A stretch of DNA of 64,000 nucleotides from Deltaproteobacteria bacterium (GCA_036528635.1 JAIGNE010000061.1:3778-67777), one strand, 5' to 3'. Shown: positions 28,861-38,653, counted from the first letter of the stretch. A program made the numbers and translations. The notes: generated by a model from the sequence alone, not told the origin.

Positions 28861-30026
28861 TATGGTTTGGCGTTGGCAAACCACGTAAACTTCCCATCCT
28901 TGATCTTCAGAATCACCGCGCTCTTGACGGGATCGCCCGATCCTTCCCTGAACTGCATGTTGCCCGTCACGCCTTCATACTGCGGAATCTTCGCCAGCGC
29001 GTCGCGGACGGCCTGCCGGTCGTTTCTGCCGGCGGTCCTGAGCGCCTGCCACAACAGGCCGAACGAATCATAGGTCAGAGCGGCCACGTCATCCGGCGTC
29101 ACGTCGTATTTCGCCCGATAGTTCGCGATGAACTTCCTGGTCGCTGCCGTCGCCGCGTCGGCGGCGTAATGCGTGCTGAAATAATAGCCTTCGCAGTCGT
29201 TTCCGCACAGCTTGACCAGTTCGGAACTGCCCCAGGCATCGGCGCCGATGAACGGGACGGCGATGCCCAGGCGCTTGGCCTGCTGAATTTGCAGCGGCAC
29301 TTCGCTGTAGTAGTTGGGCAGGAAGATAATATCCGGGGCCGCCTTTTTCATTTTCGTAAGCTGCGACGAAAAATCCTTGTCGTTGGTCGTATAGGTTTCG
29401 AAGGCCACGATCTTGCCGCCGTTTTGTTCGTAAACATCCTTGAATATTTCAGCAATGCCCTTGTTGTATTCGGAGGCGACATCATACAGAACCGCCGCTT
29501 TCTTCAGCTTGAGATCGTCCAGGACAAATTTGGCCAGCACGCGTCCCTGAAACGGATCGATGAAGCAGGCGCGGAAAACATATTTTTTAGAGGCGTTGGT
29601 CCGGGAGTCCAGCGTCGCTTTCGGCGCTGTGGACCAGGGGGTGATGAGCACCACCTTGCCGGATTCGGCGATTTCCGCCGCGGGCAGGGCGTAGCGGCTG
29701 GCGTTGGGACCGATAATCGCCAGCACTTTATTCTGCGTGATCAGCTTCTGCGCAGCCGAGGCCGATTGATCGGCTTTTCCGGCGTTATCCTCAATCGTTA
29801 ATTTTATTTTATACGTCTTGTCGCCAAGCTGGATGCCGCCCATTTCGTTGATATCATCCACCGCCATCTGCGCCGCGTTTCGGCAGGAAGCGCCCACGGC
29901 CGGGATATCGCCGGTCAGTTCGGCAATCAGGCCTATTTTGATTTGGGAAGAATCCTCTTTGCCGCAGCCGCAAATACCCAGAGAGAGAATCACCAAAAGA
30001 ATAATAAAAATAACTGTTTTTTTCAC
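28860..30026 (-). CDS. livK: Branched-chain amino acid ABC transporter substrate-binding lipoprotein
   Basis: Lipobox-like ICGC, IKIGLIAELTG, YVFRACFIDPFQG, DKDFSSQLTK; GTG start after AGGAG. Confidence 0.88.
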   Translation of the reverse strand: MKKTVIFIILLVILSLGICGCGKEDSSQIKIGLIAELTGDIPAVGASCRNAAQMAVDDINEMGGIQLGDKTYKIKLTIEDNAGKADQSASAAQKLITQNKVLAIIGPNASRYALPAAEIAESGKVVLITPWSTAPKATLDSRTNASKKYVFRACFIDPFQGRVLAKFVLDDLKLKKAAVLYDVASEYNKGIAEIFKDVYEQNGGKIVAFETYTTNDKDFSSQLTKMKKAAPDIIFLPNYYSEVPLQIQQAKRLGIAVPFIGADAWGSSELVKLCGNDCEGYYFSTHYAADAATAATRKFIANYRAKYDVTPDDVAALTYDSFGLLWQALRTAGRNDRQAVRDALAKIPQYEGVTGNMQFREGSGDPVKSAVILKIKDGKFTWFANAKP

Positions 30027-30135
30027 GAACCGTCTCCTTGTCTGGCCCAATATTTGTTTGAAAGCTTATAGGAGAAGCCGGTTGCTCTGTCAACGAAAAA
30101 GAAGGGTGCCGTTAAGCAGGGGGCGCTGCCCGCCT

Positions 30136-31233
30136 TTACCCGAACAGCATCGTCCGGACGAGCCTGGCGATGGCCGGTGAAGCAGTGAGGCCCGGCGATT
30201 CGATACCCACCAGGTTGATAAAGCCAGGGGCGTCTTCGCGGATAACAAAGTCGGCAAAGGCATCGTGGGGCCCCTGGAGTTTCGGACGGATTCCGGCCAT
30301 GTCGGGGTAAACATTTTCCGGCTTCAAAAAAGGCAGGAATTTTACGGCCTGCTCATAAAACAGCGCGGCCTTCTCCGCCGGCACCCCGTAATCCTCCCGG
30401 CGGTCGATGTAGGTCGCATCCGGACCCAGCCGCAAACGGCCGTTTAAATCGATGGTCAGGTGCACGCCCAGGCCCGCATGATTCCTGGCCGGCGCGGGAT
30501 AGACCAACCGGCTGACAATGGCCGGTTTCACGCCGGAAATGCCGCAATAATCTCCCTTGCAATAATGAAGATGATAGCTGCCGCCGGCCATGTTGGCGAG
30601 GGTGTCGGAGGACAGACCGGCAGCGTTGATGACAGCCGCCGATAAGAAATCATGGGTTTCGCCTCTGTCGTTTTGGGCAAAGATGCGCCAGCCGTTCCCT
30701 TCCCTTTCGATCCGCGTCACCTGCGTGCGGCAGACCAGGCTGGCCTTGCGGTCCAGGGCCCGCCGCAGGAAATAATTCATCAGGCCATGGGTATCGATAA
30801 TGCCCGTATCGGGTGAAAAAAGCGCGGCATCTGCCAGCACATGGGGTTCCATTCGCGCGATCCCGCGGCGGTCCAGAAGGGATAGATGCGCGACGCCGCT
30901 CAGGCGTCCGTTTTCATGGAGTTCTTCGATGGCTGCAATTTCCGCGGAATCGGTCGCCACAATCAGCTTGCCGGTTTTCCGGTGAGGAATATTATTGCGG
31001 CCGGCGATTTCATAGAGCAGGCGATTGCCGGACACGCAAAGGCGCGCTTTCAGCGATCCTTCTGGATAGTAAATCCCGGCATGAATCACTTCGCTGTTGC
31101 GGGAGCTGATCCCGCCGCCTACCGCCTCGTTTTTTTCCAGGATAAAGACGCAGTGCTGCGGCCGGGCCAGTTCGGCGGCTACGGCCAATCCAATAACTCC
31201 GGCCCCGATAATCGTGATGTCTGCCTTCTCCAT
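30136..31233 (-). CDS. FAD-dependent oxidoreductase, L-2-hydroxyglutarate oxidase (LhgO)-like
   Basis: IIGAGVIG, SSRNSEVIHAGIYYPEGSLKARLC, GLGVHLTIDL, GIRPKL, GIESPGLTAS. Confidence 0.88.
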   Translation of the reverse strand: MEKADITIIGAGVIGLAVAAELARPQHCVFILEKNEAVGGGISSRNSEVIHAGIYYPEGSLKARLCVSGNRLLYEIAGRNNIPHRKTGKLIVATDSAEIAAIEELHENGRLSGVAHLSLLDRRGIARMEPHVLADAALFSPDTGIIDTHGLMNYFLRRALDRKASLVCRTQVTRIEREGNGWRIFAQNDRGETHDFLSAAVINAAGLSSDTLANMAGGSYHLHYCKGDYCGISGVKPAIVSRLVYPAPARNHAGLGVHLTIDLNGRLRLGPDATYIDRREDYGVPAEKAALFYEQAVKFLPFLKPENVYPDMAGIRPKLQGPHDAFADFVIREDAPGFINLVGIESPGLTASPAIARLVRTMLFG

Positions 31234-31345
31234 TTTCACTCCTGCAACGGATGTATACAAGATTTCAGGCCGCTTAGCAAAAAATCTTGAGCGCAATCGC
31301 CGGTCATGGTAATAAAGCGACACGAATGAAAGGTTTGGCCGAAAC

Positions 31346-32125
31346 TTGAAGATTGCCACGTATAACGTCAATTCGATCCGTTCCCGTCTGCACATTGTGC
31401 TGCCCTGGCTTACAGACCATCAGCCGGATATTTTCTGCATGCAGGAGACAAAAGTCGATGACGCCGTGTTCCCCGCCGCCGAATTTGAAGCGCGAGGCTA
31501 CGTCGTAACCTTCCGCGGCGGCAAGCAATACAACGGCGTGGCCATCGCGTCCCGGCAAAAACCGCAAAAGGTTGTTTTCGGTCTGCCGGACGATCCGGCG
31601 GATCCCGACCGGCTGCTTTGCGCGCAGTTTGACGACCTGACGATCTTGAACGCCTATGTCCCCCAGGGACAGAGCGTCGATCGCCCGCAATTCGCCTATA
31701 AGCTCGCGTGGCTCGGCCGCCTGAAAAAATATCTGCAAAAAAATTTCCAGACGGACCAGAAAATAATCCTCTGCGGTGATTTCAATGTCGCGCCGGAGCA
31801 AATTGACGTCCATGATCCCAAACGGATTCTGGGCCATGTGTCGTTTAATCCGGAGATCTGGAAGGCCTATGGTGACGTCATGTCCTGGGGATTGACGGAC
31901 CTTTTCCGGCAACATCACCCCGGAGAGCCGGGGCAGTACACGTTTTTTGATTACCGCGTCCGCGATTCCGTCGGCCGCAATATGGGCTGGCGGGTGGATC
32001 ATATTCTGGCCACGAAAACGCCGGCGGCCCGTTCCAGCCGCTGTACCATCGACATGGCCACGCGGCTGGCCGACAAACCATCTGATCACGCGGTTATTTA
32101 TGCCGAATGGGAAGGGACATTGTAA
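31346..32125 (+). CDS. xth: Exodeoxyribonuclease III
   Basis: ATYNVNSIR, QETK, YNGVAI, GDFNVAP, YTFFDYR, GWRVDHIL, SDHA. Confidence 0.95.
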   Translation: MKIATYNVNSIRSRLHIVLPWLTDHQPDIFCMQETKVDDAVFPAAEFEARGYVVTFRGGKQYNGVAIASRQKPQKVVFGLPDDPADPDRLLCAQFDDLTILNAYVPQGQSVDRPQFAYKLAWLGRLKKYLQKNFQTDQKIILCGDFNVAPEQIDVHDPKRILGHVSFNPEIWKAYGDVMSWGLTDLFRQHHPGEPGQYTFFDYRVRDSVGRNMGWRVDHILATKTPAARSSRCTIDMATRLADKPSDHAVIYAEWEGTL

Positions 32126-32688
32126 TGGGCAAGGAAGAAGACATCCAGCGCATCAACGAAGAAATCGGCCTGCGCTTCAGTAGAATTGGAGCCGGCGTCA
32201 ACGCCGCCGAAACCATCGCCGGGCTTTTTGAAAGCCTGCTGGCCGGAATCGAAAAGGAGTTTGAGGTTCCGTTTGTCTGGCTCGCCCTGACCGATGATGA
32301 AAAAGCCGCGCCGGTGGCGGCTCGGGTCCAGTCATCGAAAATTCTAAGAAACAGGCTGGGCGTCGTATCGCAGGAACTCCTGGAGAAACTTCTGCCCCAG
32401 GGGCACAAACCCCTGCTTTCGAACCAGGACCTTCAGCCTTTCTATCGGCTGATGCCGCCCGCGAGAAAGTATTTTGCGCGGTCGCTGGCCGTTGTGCCGA
32501 TGGCGCTGGATGGTCAGATCATCGGGGTCTGGATCAACGGCGACGCCGACCCCGAACGCTATTCGGCGGACATGGATGTGACCCTGCTTGCCCAACTCGC
32601 CCTCACCGTTTCCCGGCGATTGACCGAACTTGCCGCCGTGAAAAGCGACGCATCCGCAAACGAACAGCCAGGAGGCCTGCATGGTTGA
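32125..32688 (+). CDS. GAF/DUF484-like protein
   Basis: RSLAVVPMALDGQIIGVWINGDADPERYSADMDVTLL is GAF-like; TAATG overlap with xth. Confidence 0.65.
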   Translation: MGKEEDIQRINEEIGLRFSRIGAGVNAAETIAGLFESLLAGIEKEFEVPFVWLALTDDEKAAPVAARVQSSKILRNRLGVVSQELLEKLLPQGHKPLLSNQDLQPFYRLMPPARKYFARSLAVVPMALDGQIIGVWINGDADPERYSADMDVTLLAQLALTVSRRLTELAAVKSDASANEQPGGLHG

Positions 32689-33028
32689 GGAATGGATTAA
32701 AGCCATCAAGAAAGAGTGCCCGCCGGACCAACTGGGGATGATTCTGGTCCATAACGGCATTGTGCGCGCGTCATCCAGGCAGGGCGAACCGGTCGGGGGC
32801 ATGACGCTTTCCTATGACCGGGCCGCGCTGGATGAGGCGCTCAGCCAATTCAAAAACAGGGAAGGCATCGTGGACATCCGGGCCTGGATCAACGAAGGCC
32901 AGCTGAAAGTCGGCGACGACATCATGTTCGTCGTGGTGGCGGGCCGGTTCCGCAAGGACATCCTGCCGGTGTTTCAGGAACTGATCACGCTGATTAAGAC
33001 CCAAATCGTTCGGGAAGAGGAATGCTAG
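32681..33028 (+). CDS. moaE: Molybdopterin synthase catalytic subunit-like protein
   Basis: GMILVHNGIVR, GQLKVGDDIMFVVVAGRFR. Confidence 0.8.
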   Translation: MVEEWIKAIKKECPPDQLGMILVHNGIVRASSRQGEPVGGMTLSYDRAALDEALSQFKNREGIVDIRAWINEGQLKVGDDIMFVVVAGRFRKDILPVFQELITLIKTQIVREEEC

Positions 33029-33043
33029 ACGCATAGCATGTTT

Positions 33044-33120
33044 TCCCTCCTTTTTTAAAGGAGGGTCAGGGAGGATTTTAAGAAGAGAAAATCCCCCTCT
33101 ACCCCCTTTAAAAAGGGGGA
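33044..33120. repeat. REP-like doublet / terminator
   Basis: Two hairpins, CCCTCCTTT-AAAGGAGGG and CCCCCTTT-AAAGGGGG, arranged in inverse orientation with GGATTTT/AAAATCC between them. Confidence 0.65.
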
Positions 33121-33225
33121 CGTAAAAACATTTAACACCTTCTTATTGTTTCCATCTTTTCATTTCTGCCCGACAGGGCGCATGAATAGAAGATGGCTGG
33201 CAAACACGAATAGTATCTTTAAGGA

Positions 33226-33825
33226 ATGTCCATGAACAAAGTCCTTATCCTTTTTGCCCATCCCCGGTTTGAAAAATCAAAAACCAACCGCGCCCTGCTT
33301 GCGGGCATCGCTCAGTCGACCGGTGTAACGCTCAATGACCTCTATGAGCAGTATCCCGATTTCAATATTGACATTGACCGGGAGAAAGAGCTTTTGCTCG
33401 CGCATGAGGTGATTGTCTGGCATTACCCTCTTTATATGTACAGCGCTCCCGCCATGCTCAAACAGTGGATCGACCTGGTGCTGGAATACGGCTGGGCGCA
33501 CGGCGGCCAGGGAAACGCCCTCACCGATAAGATTGTCTTAAACGCGCTGACGGCCGGCGGCGCCCGGGATTCTTACGCAGCCGGTCAGCATAATCGTTTC
33601 ACCCTGCGGGAATTTCTTCTGCCCCTGGAACAGACGGCCGCGCTTTGCAAAATGATTTACCTGCCGCCTTTTGCGGTCCACGGCACACACCTGCTCACGG
33701 GGCAGCAGCTGTCGGAGCAGGTCGCTCTTTATCGCCGATTGATGGAACGGCTGACGGCGGGCGGGCTGGCCGTCGAATCCATCCGCCGGTATGATTACCT
33801 CAACGACTGGCTCTTAACCGAATAA
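33226..33825 (+). CDS. kefG: Kef ancillary NAD(P)H oxidoreductase (KefF/KefG, flavodoxin_2)
   Basis: ILFAHP, DLYEQYPDFNID, YPLYMYSAPAMLKQWIDLVLEYGWA. Confidence 0.85.
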   Translation: MSMNKVLILFAHPRFEKSKTNRALLAGIAQSTGVTLNDLYEQYPDFNIDIDREKELLLAHEVIVWHYPLYMYSAPAMLKQWIDLVLEYGWAHGGQGNALTDKIVLNALTAGGARDSYAAGQHNRFTLREFLLPLEQTAALCKMIYLPPFAVHGTHLLTGQQLSEQVALYRRLMERLTAGGLAVESIRRYDYLNDWLLTE

Positions 33826-33836
33826 GGATCAACCCG

Positions 33837-35696
33837 ATGAACAGCGTATTTTTATTTGACGCACTCATTTACCTGGCGGCCGCGGTTGTTTTCGTGCCGA
33901 TTGCCAAAAAGCTGGGCATGGGGTCCGTCCTGGGCTATCTGCTGGGCGGCGTGATCATCGGCCCTTTCTTCCTGGGTTTTGTCGGCCAGGAAGGAAAAGA
34001 CATCATGCACTTTGCCGAGTTCGGCGTCGTGATCATGCTCTTTCTCATCGGGCTCGAGCTGGAACCGGCGACGCTGTGGCGGATGCGCAAGCTGATTCTG
34101 GGCACCGGCGTCATGCAGATGGGCGCGACAACGATTTTGTGTTTTGCCGCCTTGTCTCTGGCCGGTTTTTCCTGGCAGGCGGCGCTGGCTGCGGGTCTCG
34201 CGCTGTCCATGTCATCCACGGCCATCGTCACGCAAACGCTCCGGGAAAAGGCGCTCACCAAGACCGAGGCGGGGAGAAGCTCCTTTGCCGTGCTCCTCTT
34301 TCAGGATATTTCCGTGATTCCCATTCTGGCGCTTCTGCCGCTTCTGGCCATATCCGGCGTCCAGACGCGCGCGGCCGGCGAGGCCTCCTGGATGTCAGGA
34401 TTCCCCGGCTGGGCCCAGACGGCGATCCTGCTTATCGCGGCAAACGCCGTTGTCCTGGCCGGCCGGTTTGTCCTGGTACCGTTTTTGCGTTTTATCGCAC
34501 GCATTCGTCTTCGCGAACTGTTTACGGCCGCGGCGCTCCTGATCGTGATCGCCACGGCGGATCTGATGACGCTGGTGGGACTGAGCCCCGCTCTGGGTAC
34601 GTTTCTGGCCGGCGTGGTGCTGGCCAACAGCGAATTCCGGCATGAACTGGAAAGCGACATTGAGCCATTTAAAGGCATCCTGCTGGGATTGTTTTTCATC
34701 GCCGTCGGCGCCTCCATCAACTTTAAACTGATTATCGACAACCCGCTGCACATCCTGTCTCTGGTCTTCGGCATCCTCATCATTAAATCGCTCGTGCTTT
34801 ACGCAACCGGGAAAATGGCCCGCCTGAGCTTTGATCAGAACATGATCTTTACCCTGGGCCTGGGGCAGGTCGGAGAATTCGCGTTTGTCCTGTTCGCGTT
34901 TATCGCCCAGCTGCAGATCCTGTCCGCAAAATGGACGGACCTGATGATGGGCGCCACCGCCATCAGCATGACGCTCACGCCTCTGCTGCTGCTCGTGAAT
35001 GAACGCCTGATCCTGCCCCGGATCGGAACGAAGGAAGCCGTGGAGGAAAAAGAGGCGGATGACATTTCCGGCGAGCACCCGGTGATTATTGCGGGATTCG
35101 GCCACTTCGGCAGCACGGTGGGCCGGTTTCTCCGGGCAAGCGGCATCAACGCGACCATTCTGGACAACGATTCGGACCGGGTCGATCTGTTGAGAAAAAT
35201 GGGCTTCACGGTCTTTTACGGCGACGCCTCGCGGCTGGAAATTCTGAGATCGGCCGGAGCGGACCGGGCGAAAATTCTGATTGCCGCCATCGGCGAGCCC
35301 GAAATCAACTTTGATCTGGTCGATCGCATCAGAAAAGAATTTCCGGATCTCACCGTCATGACGCGGGCGAAAAGCCGGCAGGATGCCTATGAATTGCTGG
35401 ATGCCGGCGTCACGGACATCTATCGCGAGTCGCTCGACACCTCCGTCCGCCTGGGCGTGGACGTCCTCATCAAGCTGGGCTTCCGCAAGTACAGCGCCAC
35501 GCGCGCCGGACAGAGCTTTATCAAGTACGACGAAGCGGCGCTGCGCACCCTGGCCGCGCACCGGCATGATCAGGAATCTTACATATTCAACACCCGCGAA
35601 CAAATCGAGCTGCAGGAACAGCTCCTGGCCAACGACCGCGCCATGATCCCCAATGTCCACGATGACGCCTGGGACGGCGAAAAGCGCGGCGCGTAA
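33837..35696 (+). CDS. kefB: Glutathione-regulated K+ efflux antiporter (CPA2, KefB/KefC)
   Basis: HFAEFGVVIMLFLIGLEL, LLFQD, RHELESDIEPFKG, KTN domain IIAGFGHFG, FYGDASR. Confidence 0.9.
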   Translation: MNSVFLFDALIYLAAAVVFVPIAKKLGMGSVLGYLLGGVIIGPFFLGFVGQEGKDIMHFAEFGVVIMLFLIGLELEPATLWRMRKLILGTGVMQMGATTILCFAALSLAGFSWQAALAAGLALSMSSTAIVTQTLREKALTKTEAGRSSFAVLLFQDISVIPILALLPLLAISGVQTRAAGEASWMSGFPGWAQTAILLIAANAVVLAGRFVLVPFLRFIARIRLRELFTAAALLIVIATADLMTLVGLSPALGTFLAGVVLANSEFRHELESDIEPFKGILLGLFFIAVGASINFKLIIDNPLHILSLVFGILIIKSLVLYATGKMARLSFDQNMIFTLGLGQVGEFAFVLFAFIAQLQILSAKWTDLMMGATAISMTLTPLLLLVNERLILPRIGTKEAVEEKEADDISGEHPVIIAGFGHFGSTVGRFLRASGINATILDNDSDRVDLLRKMGFTVFYGDASRLEILRSAGADRAKILIAAIGEPEINFDLVDRIRKEFPDLTVMTRAKSRQDAYELLDAGVTDIYRESLDTSVRLGVDVLIKLGFRKYSATRAGQSFIKYDEAALRTLAAHRHDQESYIFNTREQIELQEQLLANDRAMIPNVHDDAWDGEKRGA

Positions 35697-35751
35697 TCAG
35701 GCACGCGGGCGTGAAGCGCTCGCCCCCGAACCATTTTCAATCAAGATGTCC

Positions 35752-35780
35752 TTGACTTGGAAGACCGCGTTTTCTATACT
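35752..35780 (+). promoter_or_regulatory. Sigma70 promoter of the MinD/ECF-HAMP/MDR/SAHH-like operon
   Basis: TTGACT-17 nt-TATACT, about 70 nt upstream of the ATG at 35850. Confidence 0.7.
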
Positions 35781-35849
35781 CCGTCCGGCGACAAGGACGT
35801 TCGTATCAAAACCGGCAACGTCGTCAAACCTGCTTAGATAGAAGACCCT

Positions 35850-36605
35850 ATGCCTAAAATTATCGCCATCCATTCTTTTCGGGGCGGAACAGGAAAATCA
35901 AATACGACGGCCAATCTGGCCTGTCTGCTTGCGGGGAAGGGGCGCCGTGTCGGCGTCGTCGACACGGATATCCAGTCGCCCGGCATTCATGTTTTATTCA
36001 ACCTGGACCCGAAAGACATTGCTTATTCCCTGAATGATTTTCTCTGGGGAAAGTGTGAAATTGCCAGCGCCGTTTACGATGTATCGAAAAGCATGGGCCC
36101 GGAGGCGGCCGGAAAACTCTTCCTGATCCCGTCCAGTATCCGCACGGGCGATATTGCCAGGGTTTTGCACTACGGTTATGACATCAACCTTTTGAAAGAC
36201 GGGTATCAGAAACTCATCAGTCAGCTTTCGCTCGATTATCTTTTTATTGACACCCATCCGGGCCTGAACGAAGAAACGCTGATGTCGATCGCCATCGCCG
36301 ACACCCTGCTCATTCTTCTGCGTCCCGACCAGCAGGACTATCAGGGAACGGCCGTAACGGTCGAAGTTTCCCGGCAGCTGGAAGTGCCCCGGATGTTCCT
36401 GATCGTCAATAAAACGCCCGCAGGCTTCGCGCCGGACGCCCTGGCCGCCAGGGTCGCCTCCGCATATGAATGCGAGGTTGCGGGGGTGCTTATGCATTCC
36501 GATGAGATGATGACGCTCGCCAGCGCCGGCATCTTCTGCCTTCAGTATCCCGATCATGCCAACACCCGGGAAATGGATAAAATCATCAGGAGGATCGAGG
36601 CATGA
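35850..36605 (+). CDS. MinD/ParA-family ATPase
   Basis: Deviant Walker A HSFRGGTGKSN, VDTDIQSPG, IDTHPG, LIVNK; no C-terminal membrane-targeting helix. Confidence 0.88.
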   Translation: MPKIIAIHSFRGGTGKSNTTANLACLLAGKGRRVGVVDTDIQSPGIHVLFNLDPKDIAYSLNDFLWGKCEIASAVYDVSKSMGPEAAGKLFLIPSSIRTGDIARVLHYGYDINLLKDGYQKLISQLSLDYLFIDTHPGLNEETLMSIAIADTLLILLRPDQQDYQGTAVTVEVSRQLEVPRMFLIVNKTPAGFAPDALAARVASAYECEVAGVLMHSDEMMTLASAGIFCLQYPDHANTREMDKIIRRIEA

Positions 36606-37630
36606 GGCCGGGTCTGAAAAAAATCCTTCTGATCGGATGCGCATTCGGCATCGCCTACGGAATTCTGAACAGCCTCTCCAACATTTTCCTTTTACCCGCA
36701 GCCCCGTTTATTTCCATCCGTCCCCAGGTAGCCCTGCCCATGATCGTGGGGATCATCTGGCACCCGCTCGCCGGCTTTATCGCCGGTTTTACGGGCAACA
36801 TGATCGGCGACGGCATTTCCGGGTTCGGCATCTGGAAGTTCTGGAACTGGCATATAATGAACGGACTGATGGGCTTGATACCGGGCCTGATCGTTTACCG
36901 GGGGATTTCCCGGATCGCCACGGTGCGTGAATTCGGCATCCTGCAGCTGGCCATTGTCCTGGCCAGTGCGGTCGGCGTGGGCACGGCCGTTGTGCTGGAT
37001 GTTCTCTTCCTTCATTTCATGAATTTTCCGTCTTCGTTTCCCTCCTGGATCCTGCCGGCGTTTCTCACGGATGCGGTGAACGGCTTTATCCTGGTCCCGA
37101 TCATTCTTGTCGCCACCGGGCGGATTCTGATGACGCTCGAAACCCGCACCATCCTCATGATTACGACCCTCCTGATCATTGCCATCCTCGCCACCGCCGG
37201 CGCAATCACATGGGCAGTGCTGGATGATCTGGTTTCCCGCGAGGCAATGGTTGAAAATTTTTACATCGCCGGCATTATTTCGGTTCTGCTTCTTGTCGCC
37301 GGATTCATCGTCTCCATTATTTTCATCCGGAAGGTCACCGATCCCCTGACTCACTTGACCCGCGCGGCAGCGGCGGTGGAAGAAGGGCGCTATGATTTAG
37401 GCACGCTTACGATGATCTCCGGGCGGAAGGATGAATTGGGGCATCTGTCCCGCGTTTTTGAGCAGATGGTCCGCAAGGTCCAGGAAAGGGAAAAGAATCT
37501 CCAGCGGCAGGTGGAAAAACTGCAAATCAAAATCGACCGCAGCAGTCAGGCCAGGGACGTTCGTGAAATTGTGGAAACGGAATATTTCAAGAGTTTAAAA
37601 GAAAAGGCCCGCAGATTTCGGGAGTCGTGA
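36602..37630 (+). CDS. ECF S-component (UPF0397/DUF1393-like)-HAMP fusion membrane protein
   Basis: S-component-like TM block (HPLAGFIAGFTGNMIGD...WNWHIMNGLMGLIPGL), extra TMs, HAMP (DPLTHLTRAAAAVEEG...RKDELGHLSRVFEQM), helical tail; ATGA overlap with the ATPase gene. Confidence 0.75.
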   Translation: MRPGLKKILLIGCAFGIAYGILNSLSNIFLLPAAPFISIRPQVALPMIVGIIWHPLAGFIAGFTGNMIGDGISGFGIWKFWNWHIMNGLMGLIPGLIVYRGISRIATVREFGILQLAIVLASAVGVGTAVVLDVLFLHFMNFPSSFPSWILPAFLTDAVNGFILVPIILVATGRILMTLETRTILMITTLLIIAILATAGAITWAVLDDLVSREAMVENFYIAGIISVLLLVAGFIVSIIFIRKVTDPLTHLTRAAAAVEEGRYDLGTLTMISGRKDELGHLSRVFEQMVRKVQEREKNLQRQVEKLQIKIDRSSQARDVREIVETEYFKSLKEKARRFRES

Positions 37631-38613
37631 AAAAGGAAAAGCTTATGAACACCATGGCGGCGGCCGTCTTTGACGGCAAACTCACTTATGTTCAGGACTA
37701 TCCCCAGCCCGAATTGAAACCCGGCTGGGCCAAAATCAAAATCAACATGGCGGGCATCTGCAAAACCGACATGGAAATCATGAAGGGCTATCTGGGTTTT
37801 AAAGGCGTTCTGGGGCATGAATTTGTCGGCGTGGTCGAAGCATGCGCCGACAGCCTCTGGATCGGGAAAAGGGTTGTGGGAGAGATCAACGCCGCCTGCG
37901 GACATTGCGACTGGTGCGCCCGCGACCTGGGCAGGCATTGCCCGAACCGGACCACCCTCGGCATCCTGAACCAGGACGGCTGCATGGCCGAATACTGCCA
38001 GCTGCCGACAGTCAACCTTCTGGCCGTCCCGGACGGCATTCCCGATGACCGCGCTGTTCTCACGGAACCGCTGTCGGCGGCCTGTGAGATTCTGGAGCAG
38101 CTGCCGGTCCGGGGCGATGAACGGGTAATTGTACTCGGCGACGGAAGGCTGGGTCTCTTATGTGCGTGGGTTTTATCCACGATCGCGGACGACGTCACGG
38201 TCGTGGGTCATCATGCCGAAAAGCTGGCAGCGGCCCGATGGCGAAACATCAAAACGGCTTTGAGTGAAAAAGACATCCGGCCGGGCGCGGATATCGTCGT
38301 GGAGGCGACCGGCTCGGCGGCGGGCGTTGTCTCGGCCATGGCGCTCGCCCGTCCGCGCGGGACCATTGTTCTGAAATCCACCGTGGCCCTGTCCGGCGAT
38401 GTCAACCTGGCGCCGGTTGTGATCAATGAGCAGACGATTCTGGGGTCGCGTTGCGGCCGGTTTGCCGACGGGCTTTCCATCATGATGAATTATCCCGACA
38501 TGCCGCTGATCAAACTGATTACGGCGCGCTATCCGCTGGATAACGTCCAGGAGGCGTTTGTCCGGGCGCGTCAGAGCGATGCGCTGAAAGTCCTGCTCGA
38601 TGTTAATCCGTAA
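37627..38613 (+). CDS. Zinc-dependent alcohol dehydrogenase (MDR family)
   Basis: GICKTD, GHEFVG, CGHCDWC...HC structural Zn, GDGRLG; GTGA overlap with the upstream gene. Confidence 0.9.
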   Translation: MKKEKLMNTMAAAVFDGKLTYVQDYPQPELKPGWAKIKINMAGICKTDMEIMKGYLGFKGVLGHEFVGVVEACADSLWIGKRVVGEINAACGHCDWCARDLGRHCPNRTTLGILNQDGCMAEYCQLPTVNLLAVPDGIPDDRAVLTEPLSAACEILEQLPVRGDERVIVLGDGRLGLLCAWVLSTIADDVTVVGHHAEKLAAARWRNIKTALSEKDIRPGADIVVEATGSAAGVVSAMALARPRGTIVLKSTVALSGDVNLAPVVINEQTILGSRCGRFADGLSIMMNYPDMPLIKLITARYPLDNVQEAFVRARQSDALKVLLDVNP

Positions 38614-38653
38614 GCGGAGCATACTCATTTATGACCGATGGAGAATATGATTC

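Noticed and set aside
28634-28897. 87-aa ORF between livK and livH
   Set aside because: It is a translation of the MITE-like repeat, not a credible protein.
35850-36605. Interpretation as cell-division minD or partitioning parA
   Set aside because: No minC/minE, parB or parS nearby, the signature Lys is replaced, and there is no membrane-targeting helix.
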